From an uncultured bacterium (GTDB lineage Bacteria > CSSED10-310 > CAZUFC01), in NCBI GenBank assembly GCA_964619725.1, contig CAZUFC010000040.1, forward strand, positions 42,616 to 61,516: 18,901 nt of DNA. Direction: 5' to 3'. The first letter of the stretch is position 1. Each line of letters starts with the position of its first letter. The translations under genes and the position numbers were made by a program. The notes under the pieces are model-generated. The model did not search any database. It was not told the origin of the DNA and saw only the letters and a program-made list of their open reading frames with translations. Positions 8,544-17,942 of this stretch are shown piece after piece.

Positions 8544-9047
8544 GATACATGCCAGACGATCTGTTACAGCGATTCTCAGGAGATCGCATGCCCGCAGCAG
8601 CCGGGTCAGTCTTATTACGGACAGGATGCCCAGTATGACGGCGCGCTGCCGGCCTACCAGGATAACGGTGATGGAACGATCACCGATTTGAATACCGGAT
8701 TAATGTGGCAGAAAACTCCGGACCTGGAAAATAAAAGAACATGGCAGGATGTTATTTCAGAAGCTGAAACGTTCCAGTTAGCAGGTCACCAGTCTGGCGG
8801 CTCCCGACAATATAAGGAACTATACTCGCTCATCGATTTCAGCGGCGATACGCTTGATTGGGAGGAAGCGCTGCAATATGCGGAAGAATTGGTGCATGCC
8901 GGTTACGACGACTGAAGATTGCCCTATGCCAAAGAATTGCAGAGCATAGTGGATTACACCAGAGCTCCGGACGCTCAGGAACCATCGCAAGTCGGACCCG
9001 CCATTGATCCGATGTTTGAAATAACGGATGATGATTCCTTTTTCTGG
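8541..9047 (+). pseudogene. Degraded tandem DUF1566 (Lcl C-terminal-like) domain protein
   Basis: VDTCQTICY, YGQDAQY, DNGDGTITDLNTGLMWQ and KELYSL. WRLPTI is displaced into another frame near 8794-8811. GYDD*RLPYAKELQSIVDY has TGA (8913-8915) at a conserved Trp. The 5' end is missing and an internal deletion is likely. Confidence 0.8.
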
Positions 9048-9192
9048 CCCGAAACAGGCGAAGGCTCCTTCCAGGGCATAAGGTTCCTGGCTGCCATGCT
9101 GACGCTGGATTTGACAGTGTTACTGGATGGATTACAAGGGCCGGCTCTGTGGAAATTCGGATTCGAACCCTAAATTATGCGGCCAAAAAAGC

Positions 9193-10500
9193 TCAAAGTC
9201 CTGCAGTAGCTGAGTATGCGAAATATAAGGGCACAAACGTCAGTTTGTGCTCCGGCGATTCACTGTATGGAGCCGTTGAAAACACATATCCTCCGGGACT
9301 TTCCTGATGCTTGTTCAGAAACATATGCATACTTTTTAATCGTCCGGAAGAACCGGCTTTGACTTCAACGGGAACGATACGACCATTTATCTCCGCCAGA
9401 TAGTCTACTTCCGCTGAACTGCTTTTTGCGGCTCGCGACCAGTAATAAAGGTTTCTCTTTTGAGTAATCATCATCTCCTGCCCTACGAACTGCTCTGCCG
9501 CAGCGCCGCGGTAAATATTCAACAAATCGGATTCGGCATACTCCCTGTCAAGCGACATACCGCATAATCTCGCCATAAGCCCGATATCGACCGTCAAAGC
9601 CTTGAACCTCTTGGGTGAAGCTGTTCTGCCAAGCGGCAAACCGGCAGGATTCACGGACGGAACCTGATGGATCACCCGGGCTTTTACCAGCAGTTCAAAC
9701 GCCTTTTTTATCGTGGGATTCGAGTATCCTTCCGCAAGATGAGCATATTTTATCTGACGTCCGACCCTGACGCCCACGGATCGAAAAACCGATTCAAGAC
9801 AACGCTTGTCCGCATACGGAGCATACTTTGAAAAATCCTGAACATAAGTCTCGATTATTTCCTCATGCACTTTGAAGCTTTCCTTGATCGATCCAGTTTC
9901 GATATACGCCTTCACGCTTTCCGGCATGCCGCCGATGAAAAAATACCGATGCAATTCATCCAACAACATTCTGTGAACCGGTTCAGGCAGCTTCGACGGC
10001 CTTTCCCCCAGCAAATGCGCCGCCTTTTCCCGTCCCGAAGCTTTCAGATACTCACGGAAACTTAGCGGATACATTTCCAAAAACTGAACGCGTCCCACAG
10101 GAAAAGCGATGTCCTCCAATGCCAATTCCAGCAGCGACCCGGCTGCAACCACTTGCAGATTACTCATTTCTTCATGAAAATAACGAAGCGCCGTGACAGC
10201 ACGGGGACAAGCCTGTATCTCGTCAAAAAAAAGCAAAGTTTCACCAACCCTTATTTCCCGGTCAAGCAATACCTCAAAATCTGCCGTAATCCGCCGCGGA
10301 TCAAGATCATCCTCAAATACCCGATGAAAATTACGGTTTCTTTCCAGGTCTATCGTAACGATATTCCCCGGGAAATACTTTTCGCCGAAACGTTTAACGG
10401 AATAGGTCTTCCCAACCTGACGAGCCCCTCTGACTATCAGGGGTTTCCTCCGTTGTGAGTTTTTCCATTGAACGAGCGCTTCTTCAACATCTCTTTTCAT
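9193..10500 (-). CDS. AAA+ ATPase with DUF4143 / C-terminal PD-(D/E)xK-like domain (COG1373-like)
   Basis: 435 aa. Walker A GARQVGKT, Walker B LLFFDEIQ, GRV...MYPLSFREY, GGMP and C-terminal EVDY...PVEVK. Confidence 0.92.
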   Translation of the reverse strand: MKRDVEEALVQWKNSQRRKPLIVRGARQVGKTYSVKRFGEKYFPGNIVTIDLERNRNFHRVFEDDLDPRRITADFEVLLDREIRVGETLLFFDEIQACPRAVTALRYFHEEMSNLQVVAAGSLLELALEDIAFPVGRVQFLEMYPLSFREYLKASGREKAAHLLGERPSKLPEPVHRMLLDELHRYFFIGGMPESVKAYIETGSIKESFKVHEEIIETYVQDFSKYAPYADKRCLESVFRSVGVRVGRQIKYAHLAEGYSNPTIKKAFELLVKARVIHQVPSVNPAGLPLGRTASPKRFKALTVDIGLMARLCGMSLDREYAESDLLNIYRGAAAEQFVGQEMMITQKRNLYYWSRAAKSSSAEVDYLAEINGRIVPVEVKAGSSGRLKSMHMFLNKHQESPGGYVFSTAPYSESPEHKLTFVPLYFAYSATAGL

Positions 10501-10778
10501 TCAGGCATTCCTCCGACAGTCATAATAGCAGGAATCGCGATTTTTTTAAATTACTTTTAATTTTATTAGGTCATAATTTTGAATTGTCTTCAAAAAGGAA
10601 AGGTTTCAATTCGATGTTTAATATTGTTCGAAAAGGCGTATTTCGAGGATACAGTTTTCGCAGCCTTGAATAATTGATAAGCTTTTAAAATCTGATAAAG
10701 ACAAAATACATCCGCTATTAGTTTTTTTGTTCCGATTGCGATACCGAACCGAACGGCCTGATTATCGACAGCGGCTGC

Positions 10779-10804
10779 TTTGCGACGGGCTCTGACCCCT
10801 TTCC
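10779..10804 (-). repeat. REP-like element copy downstream of rdrB
   Basis: tttgcgacgggctctgacccctttcc; near-identical to 7301-7326. Confidence 0.8.
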
Positions 10805-10885
10805 TGACACTTTTCCCAACAGCCTGATCATCCCTAAGACGGAGGAGATGATGAACGCTTGAATTGAATAGATCACTGATTTTAT

Positions 10886-13822
10886 TCAAAAACCGAACAG
10901 GTCGTCTATTCTTCGTAAAAGTTTCTGTTCGCGTCTTTTCCGGTTGATGTAGAGGCGCTCCCGATTTAAACCGGTTACGGGGAGAAAATCAATATTTTTA
11001 ACAACTTCGAATTCCGGTTCTATCTCTTCTTTTTTATGAAAAGCGCCTTCATGCAAAAATGTTTTTTCAATACTGTTATTACGCAGATAATCAATCCATT
11101 TGCGAACATTTTCCTTGTGATAGCCCTTTTTTTCCGCTGCTGCAGCCAGAAGAGCGTATTCCCGTTTGAGGCTGGTGTTGAAGATTCCAGGATTATCCGT
11201 ATTAACCACCACCTGTGTTTTTCGATTGTTTTTTTCATCCAGCCCATGAGCGTTAAACGAAAAAACGGGATGCTCCGTCAATTCGCCGAACCCGCCGATA
11301 AGATAATTTGACGAAGGACAGACCTCAATCGTCACCTCTCGATCCGCTATTTCCTGCAGGACTTTTTCTCTTATTTCATGAAAGCATTTGACCCAATCGA
11401 ATTCGAATTCTTCCCATTTCACTTTTTTCCTGGCTTCGATGTAGTATTCGACATTAAACTGGTAACGCCAAAGGTATTTGATAGCGGCAAGGGGAACGAG
11501 TCCCTCGAAAAGGTCATTCAGTCCGACTGTGGTAGCTCGCCATTCCATGTTTTCCGGAAGGGTTCTCAAGTCGCGTACGGCAGAACATAGAAACCAGTTT
11601 TTGGATTTGCCTGCGTCGCACAGTTCCAGGTTCACACTGTCGCCTTGCGACAAAAGGCAATGCCCTGTTTTAACGCACGAACGAAAGTTGCCCTGCATGG
11701 ATGCCGGACATATTCGGTTTAGGGAATATCCCTTGTGGACATCCATTGGCGAACCGCCGCAAACTAAACCTTCAGGATGAGTTCCCGCATTCCAACCCAG
11801 GTTCTCCAGAATACTGAAAAATTCCACAGGGTCCATCCATCTCATTTTCCAGGCAGCCGCCAGCAGATCGTTCAGTCCCTCAGTAGTCGGCGGAACAGTT
11901 TCATTCCAGTAAAGTTCATTAAACTCCCTGGCGATATAATTTTCCAGCCGTTTTATTTCCTCATCGCAATGGGAGCAGAAACGAAGCATGTGATGTATCC
12001 ATACCCAATTATCCAGTCGTTCTTCACGGGGCATTTGAGGATCAGTCCCTGCGGTTTTGATCCATTTTTCGGGATCGATGCCCAGGACTATGCCGTGGCC
12101 GATTCTGTCACCTGGTCTTAAATCGAGAAAATGCAACGCTTCATAAACCGCCCGCAGTCCGGAAATAGGATGATGAAACGATTCGCCGACGTGATAGGTG
12201 GCTTTCAAAGGTTCGATATCGCAACGATGAACCGTATCCGTGAATCTCCGGAATGCAAGAGGCAACGAACGGCGCAGATATCGAAAGGCAGGCGCGAATA
12301 TTTCCGGGGATGCATCCCGCTCATGACGCGCCGCATCAATCGCCAAAATTGCAGCAGCGGCGTCAGGGTCTTCTGCTCGATACTTCTCCAGGTTCAGCGC
12401 AATTTTTTTTATCTCCCGACGAAGCCGCCGGTGACGAATAACCGGCGTCCATACCGTCTGCCATTCCTCCGTCTTTTTTGGGGGTCGAGTTTGTGGAGGC
12501 ATCTTGATAAGATGAGCAACCAGTCCGAAATCTCTTCCCAACCGGTAATCCTCAGAAAACAAAGTATGATAATAAGCCTCGATCCACGAGCTTAGCGTTT
12601 CCCGTTCTGGCGTTACCCTGCCCTCAACTCTCTGTCGCCGATCATTAGTCACGGATTGTAAGATGTAATGCTGACGACTTCGGCTCCAGTTAGGCGATAA
12701 TTTTCTGGCCGGCGAATCATACCAGTCCAGAAAATTCAAAAATCCCAACCGTTTAGAATGCTGAGTCACAGCCTGATGGAAGATATTCTGAATCGCCAGA
12801 TAAGCGAAAAGAACCGGACGATACCAATGAGGCAGTTCTTTTCCATGTCTTCGCAATGTGATGAAAGCTTTAATTAAAAATTGACGCTCCTGTAGATAAA
12901 AATTGCCTGCTCCGGCTTCAGGAGAAAGAAATGCCGGCGAAAAATTTACCCCAAAAGAATACTGCCGGTGTAAATTATCGGCGATAAACATTCCAGCGGA
13001 TATGGCCAGATCATCAGTTTCTCCTGCCGCTGAGAGAACCTCAAAATGAGACTTGACCATTATCGCCCGTTGATACTTTTCAAGAATCGAATAAATGCAT
13101 GAACTGCGGAATCCCTGAAAGAGAGCGATCACAACCCCCAGCATGTGGCGCATAATGTGAATATCTTTTAACCTCTGATAAATTAGAGCGTTCAGTTGTC
13201 CCTCATCCAGTCTCCTTTTCCACTCTCTTAATTTCTTAATACTTCGTAAAGCCCTGGATTGGGTCACTAACTCGCTCCACAAATCAAGCGTAGAAGGAAC
13301 CCCGCCAAGATGAACATGGCATTCCACCATTTCCGCACGGAGAGGAAATTTCAAATATTGAGCATCCGTACGAAGATAAGGAGGCCAATCAATGAACGCA
13401 CCCTCGCTCCGCCCGTCCCTCATATTCGCAATATGCTCGGCGACACGCCAACAGGCCAATTGATCCGGTACGACCAGTAACCCAGCATCCATTAATTCAA
13501 GCATCATATCATGTTTCACGAAAGGACAATGCCCGTTCAATTTTAAATAACGCCGCGAAAGAGTAGACAATGCCAGTCCCAGAACTCCGATCGAACTGTG
13601 TCGCTCGGAAATCTCCAAAACATTCTCTAGCAGATATTCGATTTGCTCAAGCGGCATATTGGGACGCCCCAGCCCCACTCCATTCATTATTCCACGTAAT
13701 CGTTCTTTCTGACGTTTTTCATAATCGCCTGGACGCAAACTGATCAGCAATTCGTCCAATCTTAGAAAGGCTTGGCTCGATAAACATTTCAGCCAGAATT
13801 CTATGTCGGTGGAGGGTTTCAT
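10886..13822 (-). CDS. rdrB: Large adenosine-deaminase-family metallohydrolase, RADAR effector RdrB-like
   Basis: 978 aa. HxH (ECHVHLGG, H169/H171), TYHVGE (H544/E547), GDRIGHG (H576), IEVCPSSN and VNTDNPG (D876). It lies directly downstream of a large P-loop ATPase. Confidence 0.85.
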   Translation of the reverse strand: MKPSTDIEFWLKCLSSQAFLRLDELLISLRPGDYEKRQKERLRGIMNGVGLGRPNMPLEQIEYLLENVLEISERHSSIGVLGLALSTLSRRYLKLNGHCPFVKHDMMLELMDAGLLVVPDQLACWRVAEHIANMRDGRSEGAFIDWPPYLRTDAQYLKFPLRAEMVECHVHLGGVPSTLDLWSELVTQSRALRSIKKLREWKRRLDEGQLNALIYQRLKDIHIMRHMLGVVIALFQGFRSSCIYSILEKYQRAIMVKSHFEVLSAAGETDDLAISAGMFIADNLHRQYSFGVNFSPAFLSPEAGAGNFYLQERQFLIKAFITLRRHGKELPHWYRPVLFAYLAIQNIFHQAVTQHSKRLGFLNFLDWYDSPARKLSPNWSRSRQHYILQSVTNDRRQRVEGRVTPERETLSSWIEAYYHTLFSEDYRLGRDFGLVAHLIKMPPQTRPPKKTEEWQTVWTPVIRHRRLRREIKKIALNLEKYRAEDPDAAAAILAIDAARHERDASPEIFAPAFRYLRRSLPLAFRRFTDTVHRCDIEPLKATYHVGESFHHPISGLRAVYEALHFLDLRPGDRIGHGIVLGIDPEKWIKTAGTDPQMPREERLDNWVWIHHMLRFCSHCDEEIKRLENYIAREFNELYWNETVPPTTEGLNDLLAAAWKMRWMDPVEFFSILENLGWNAGTHPEGLVCGGSPMDVHKGYSLNRICPASMQGNFRSCVKTGHCLLSQGDSVNLELCDAGKSKNWFLCSAVRDLRTLPENMEWRATTVGLNDLFEGLVPLAAIKYLWRYQFNVEYYIEARKKVKWEEFEFDWVKCFHEIREKVLQEIADREVTIEVCPSSNYLIGGFGELTEHPVFSFNAHGLDEKNNRKTQVVVNTDNPGIFNTSLKREYALLAAAAEKKGYHKENVRKWIDYLRNNSIEKTFLHEGAFHKKEEIEPEFEVVKNIDFLPVTGLNRERLYINRKRREQKLLRRIDDLFGF

Positions 13823-13839
13823 TTGCTTTTTAAATAGGC

Positions 13840-16800
13840 TTATTCAGTTTTTTCTTTGGGCTGACAGCTTCTTTTAGCTTCTGTCTTATTTGTATCGACA
13901 TCCTGCGATGAATCTGATCCATTTTTTGTTTTTAGTATTTTATCGTCAATAGACCCCTTCACCGCCATGGCCAGATGATTTAAATACTTTTCAGCATCCC
14001 GGTAAGGCTTTATATCGGCCACAAGACAATTAAGCATTGCTATCAATGCTTTACGACGCTGTTCAATATCTCTGATTGCCTCACTCTGCCTATCGTTGCT
14101 TACTTCAGAATATCTGACGTCAAGCCCGCACCAGGACAATCCCATCAACTCAAGCGGATAGTATAAAGAGTGTACTTTTTTCGAAATAGTTGCATCCTTT
14201 TTTTCACATTCATCAATCGTTACTATTGATGATTCATCATCAAGGAGTATGCGCCCGCCGTCTAGTCTATCCAATGGATCTAAAGAAATCAAAGGTAAAC
14301 TTCCGAAACAAACCAACAATGCCAAATTCAAAGCCTTTTTTAAATCTCCGTTTATATGTTCAATGATCTTGTTCCACTGCCGTATTCTAAAATCCTTATT
14401 TATCCTTATCGATTTAACATGAGTGCGTTTACCAGAATCTTCTCCCGCAGCAATCATGAAGCACGCAAATTTGTTATTTCCATCTTTTCGGTATACTGTT
14501 GCATTGACGTTCTCAAATTCACCTTGGTCAGAATGCTTTTTTAAAATTTTCCGTATTTCCATGTCGTCGTCCAATGGACCGCCCCAATGTAAGAAACAAC
14601 CAATTGTAGGAAACGAGGCTAATGCTAAAAAAGTATCGCTCCATTTCCATAGGCTTTTTGTTTTGATAGCGCTCTGAAGGTATTTCAGATTCTGATAAAG
14701 GGGATGATAAGCTCCTTCTGATTCATTAGCTGCTCTAGGCGGTTTCTTGTTGACAGAACTTCTTTGCAATGAAGGTCTTTCAACGCTTCGTCCTTTTTCC
14801 TTTTTTTTCGATTTAGCTTGATTTTCTTCTTCTTTTTTCTCTTCGGGTTCTTCCTCAGCGGGTTTTTCTCCATCATTGCGACATGTGCAGTCGTCCGTAT
14901 CGAAAGTTGATTTATACTCCAACGTTTCGATCAAAACGGAATTGAGAAAATGATATATCCATCTTTGAATGATATCGCCGGCGCCCGACCATTGACCGAC
15001 ATAACTTTCCTCGTCGCCGATGTCCTCCAGAAATGTCTCGATAGTCTTTTGAATTTGATTGAAATTCGGTTTACAGCGATTTTTGGAATACCAATGACGT
15101 CCCCAATAAGCAACCCATTCAGTAACGGCTGCGCCCAGCCATTTCAATGTTTGATCCCATGCTTGTTTTCGGCATGATTCCAGATCGTTTCTATCTTGAA
15201 TCGTTATACAATTATCTTTAGAAAAACCAACACCTGGATTTGTCGCAATTTTTTTATCATCATCAATCCATTCCGGGTCAGGAAATTTATGCCATGCCAA
15301 TCCTAAACCTGCTTTGTTGTTCTTAAATAAAGGATAAAAATCCGCTGGATCAGAGGCGGCATCTATTTCTTCGGTAATTTTTTTCCAATACTCGCCCAAT
15401 TCATCATATTCATCCTTTTCCTTTGGGGGAGGCGGTGATGGCGGAGCCATACCCATTTCAAACGGAGCCCACGCTCCCGCCGTGGGTTCTAGTTCTGTTT
15501 TCAATTTTCTGTAAATTATCTTGAACAAGTCCTTTTTCCTTATTTGAGTAATATCTGTAATCTTTTCATAAATATTCGCTGCTAATCGAATAACTTCTTT
15601 GACGATACTCAAACCGTTCCAGCAATTCAAGTATGTTTGACCGCCTTCTGAAGTTGTCCAGCAATTTAATAACAGCCTAGGTAAAGCGCCGGCCAAGCGG
15701 TCGAAAAAATCTGGCGACGTGGCCATCTCAGGAATTTTCGGTATCTTTTCATTTACAAGGCGAGTTAACTTTGCTTCTTCCTCATTTAAGATGAAAAGAT
15801 CAGTTATTTCGTCTTTTTGGAATACGCCCGGCAAATATTCCGAAGACCATTTAAAGCAGGATCGATCTGCCCAATAATCTCTTTTCGGCGTTAAAAACTC
15901 ATTGCATCTGGTTCTCATTTCTTTCCTGTATCTAGTTAAATTTCTTCTTTCCGGATTTCCGAGTATTTTGCGCCATCCAGCTCTGGGAGACGGATCGTTA
16001 ATGTCCAATAGATTTTCTAAGGCTCCGGGCCGATCACATAATTTTACAACGCCAGGCTTTATATTAGCTTTTCTTGCGACCCAGGGAACCAGTCTTGCAT
16101 ATAATTGCCTCTGTGAATCCTTCAAATTAAGTTGCAGATGTCGAGCCTGCCTTGATCGTTCATCAGAAGGCAGGGACATCAAATAGTAACCTGGGACGCA
16201 CAAATCGAGTCCCAGACTGATTATGCCGGGGACACTTCTTCCATCAAGATTTGCTTCAACAGCAAATCTAAAGAATGCAAGAATCAAATTTACGTTTACA
16301 CTGTCCGTTCTGGCATCAAGACGAAGCATTGATTCATCTGACATTTCGTTAGTCAGCAGGAAATTCAATATGAATAATCCCACACGATCTTCCTTGATTA
16401 AAGCTTTCAACTCCTGTGGGGACAACTGGTTCAATTCAAGATTCCCGCGCCAGTTATGGAACATATCGATCAAAAGGTTGTTTTTTCTTTTTAATTCTTT
16501 TTGATGCTGAACCTTCCCATTATAATTACCTGACTTATTTTTATTTTTTATTTCAACAACTCGTTCTGTTTCAAGAAGACAAAAATAAATAAAACGTCTG
16601 ACGTCTCTGGGAATTAGAAAACGATAAATATTAAAAAGAAATTCCAAATCAGCATAGAAGAAGTCATCACAAGCCTTTTCGATTCTCAAGCAATCGCGTA
16701 ATACGCTGTTGAAATAATCCTTTTTAAATGCGATCACATTTTTCATTTCACTATTGCCAGTATTCTCTTGTGTTTGGTCGATAGCCCTTCTCTCATTTCG

Positions 16801-17925
16801 GGGAATACTTTCCTTTATTTTAAGAAAAATTCTATCGAAATCCATATCAATCATATCGGGAAGATAGACTCGCATATGGGGCGGCAACAATTTTTTCAGA
16901 TATTGGTGTGTTAGGTCTTCGATGAAAGAATCTTCGGAAAGAAAATGGTGAGATGTCTCCGATTTCAAATTGATAAGCCCCCGACGTAACTGGCGACTAA
17001 ATGAATTTTTTAGTGTTTGCGAATACATTTCTATATCGCCTGTCACCATTATCAGCATTTTATTGGACGTTAAATAGCGTCTCAGTGATTCCAGGACTTC
17101 CTCGCCGCGATTAAAAGACATATCGACATCATCAATTGCGATAACGGCCATTTCCTTCCCCACCAAATCAAGGTATACGTCGATAAACTCCCATAAAGCC
17201 CTTTCCAGGTTATAACCCGAACGAAATTGCATGGTTTCTTCAAGCATGCCCTCCGTATCATACTCGTTAAATGCTTTTTCCAGTCTGTTTATATTCAATG
17301 TAACAGGCAGTTGCTTTATTACCTTCGCCAGAGCCGTCCTGAATTTATCGGACTTTTCCTTCATAACATCCCGGCCCAATTGGCAGATTTTTTTATTCAG
17401 ACATTGCTGTGCTCTGTAATTAAGATCAGCGAATATAGTTGAGACAATATTATCTTTTTTCTGCATCATTGCAGGCTCGACAAGACCACAAATACTTATT
17501 TTACCGGATATTTCATCCAACTTGCTTTTCTCGGAAGCAATTCTTTTTTCGGAATTGATTTCTGTGCCCTCTCCTTCCAATTTAACGAGGCTTTCAGAAT
17601 AGTTTTTTCTATAATCCAGTTCATCCTTTTGATCCTTATCATCAAGCAACCTGATCAAACTATGCAAAAATGAGGTTTTTCCTGCACCCCTTCTTCCCAA
17701 TATCCCAAGATTCAAGTGTCGACGCCTCAGTTTCCATACCGTTTCTTCATCATCGAAGGTTTTATTTTGTTTTTCAAAACTTAATTGACTCAGCGCCTTT
17801 TCGATATGTTCGATCGCTTGTTTTATCTGGTGAATATATATTTGAGATTCGGCATCGATGGGTTGAGCATCTTTTAAGTTCGATATGTCTATGATGATGT
17901 CGTTTTTTCGTGTTAAATCGGTCAT
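13840..17925 (-). CDS. rdrA: Large P-loop (KAP/AAA+-like) ATPase, RADAR sensor RdrA-like, with long C-terminal region
   Basis: 1361 aa. Walker A GRRGAGKT (aa 77-84), Walker B VIAIDDVD (D265/D266), LESLRRYL and YLKKLLP. It ends 17 nt before the deaminase gene. RBS AAGGAG at 17936-17941. Confidence 0.82.
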   Translation of the reverse strand: MTDLTRKNDIIIDISNLKDAQPIDAESQIYIHQIKQAIEHIEKALSQLSFEKQNKTFDDEETVWKLRRRHLNLGILGRRGAGKTSFLHSLIRLLDDKDQKDELDYRKNYSESLVKLEGEGTEINSEKRIASEKSKLDEISGKISICGLVEPAMMQKKDNIVSTIFADLNYRAQQCLNKKICQLGRDVMKEKSDKFRTALAKVIKQLPVTLNINRLEKAFNEYDTEGMLEETMQFRSGYNLERALWEFIDVYLDLVGKEMAVIAIDDVDMSFNRGEEVLESLRRYLTSNKMLIMVTGDIEMYSQTLKNSFSRQLRRGLINLKSETSHHFLSEDSFIEDLTHQYLKKLLPPHMRVYLPDMIDMDFDRIFLKIKESIPRNERRAIDQTQENTGNSEMKNVIAFKKDYFNSVLRDCLRIEKACDDFFYADLEFLFNIYRFLIPRDVRRFIYFCLLETERVVEIKNKNKSGNYNGKVQHQKELKRKNNLLIDMFHNWRGNLELNQLSPQELKALIKEDRVGLFILNFLLTNEMSDESMLRLDARTDSVNVNLILAFFRFAVEANLDGRSVPGIISLGLDLCVPGYYLMSLPSDERSRQARHLQLNLKDSQRQLYARLVPWVARKANIKPGVVKLCDRPGALENLLDINDPSPRAGWRKILGNPERRNLTRYRKEMRTRCNEFLTPKRDYWADRSCFKWSSEYLPGVFQKDEITDLFILNEEEAKLTRLVNEKIPKIPEMATSPDFFDRLAGALPRLLLNCWTTSEGGQTYLNCWNGLSIVKEVIRLAANIYEKITDITQIRKKDLFKIIYRKLKTELEPTAGAWAPFEMGMAPPSPPPPKEKDEYDELGEYWKKITEEIDAASDPADFYPLFKNNKAGLGLAWHKFPDPEWIDDDKKIATNPGVGFSKDNCITIQDRNDLESCRKQAWDQTLKWLGAAVTEWVAYWGRHWYSKNRCKPNFNQIQKTIETFLEDIGDEESYVGQWSGAGDIIQRWIYHFLNSVLIETLEYKSTFDTDDCTCRNDGEKPAEEEPEEKKEEENQAKSKKKEKGRSVERPSLQRSSVNKKPPRAANESEGAYHPLYQNLKYLQSAIKTKSLWKWSDTFLALASFPTIGCFLHWGGPLDDDMEIRKILKKHSDQGEFENVNATVYRKDGNNKFACFMIAAGEDSGKRTHVKSIRINKDFRIRQWNKIIEHINGDLKKALNLALLVCFGSLPLISLDPLDRLDGGRILLDDESSIVTIDECEKKDATISKKVHSLYYPLELMGLSWCGLDVRYSEVSNDRQSEAIRDIEQRRKALIAMLNCLVADIKPYRDAEKYLNHLAMAVKGSIDDKILKTKNGSDSSQDVDTNKTEAKRSCQPKEKTE

Positions 17926-17942
17926 TTTCTTTCCGCTCCTTG

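Noticed and set aside
8913-8915. TGA read as Trp or Sec (alternative code) in the DUF1566 gene
   Set aside because: The same gene has frameshifts and truncation, TGA ends intact genes here (protease, toxin, rdrB), and Trp is encoded by TGG throughout.
7400-8915. Nonsense mutations (TGG to TAA, CAG to TAG, TGG to TGA) as a footprint of the neighbouring deaminase
   Set aside because: These are ordinary C:G to T:A transitions. Adenosine deamination would give A to G changes, and three events are too few to infer anything.
10590-10889. 99-aa ORF overlapping the rdrB stop as a fourth operon gene
   Set aside because: TTG start with no clear RBS, it runs through the REP-like element, and it has no recognisable motif. 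Probably spurious, though not excluded.
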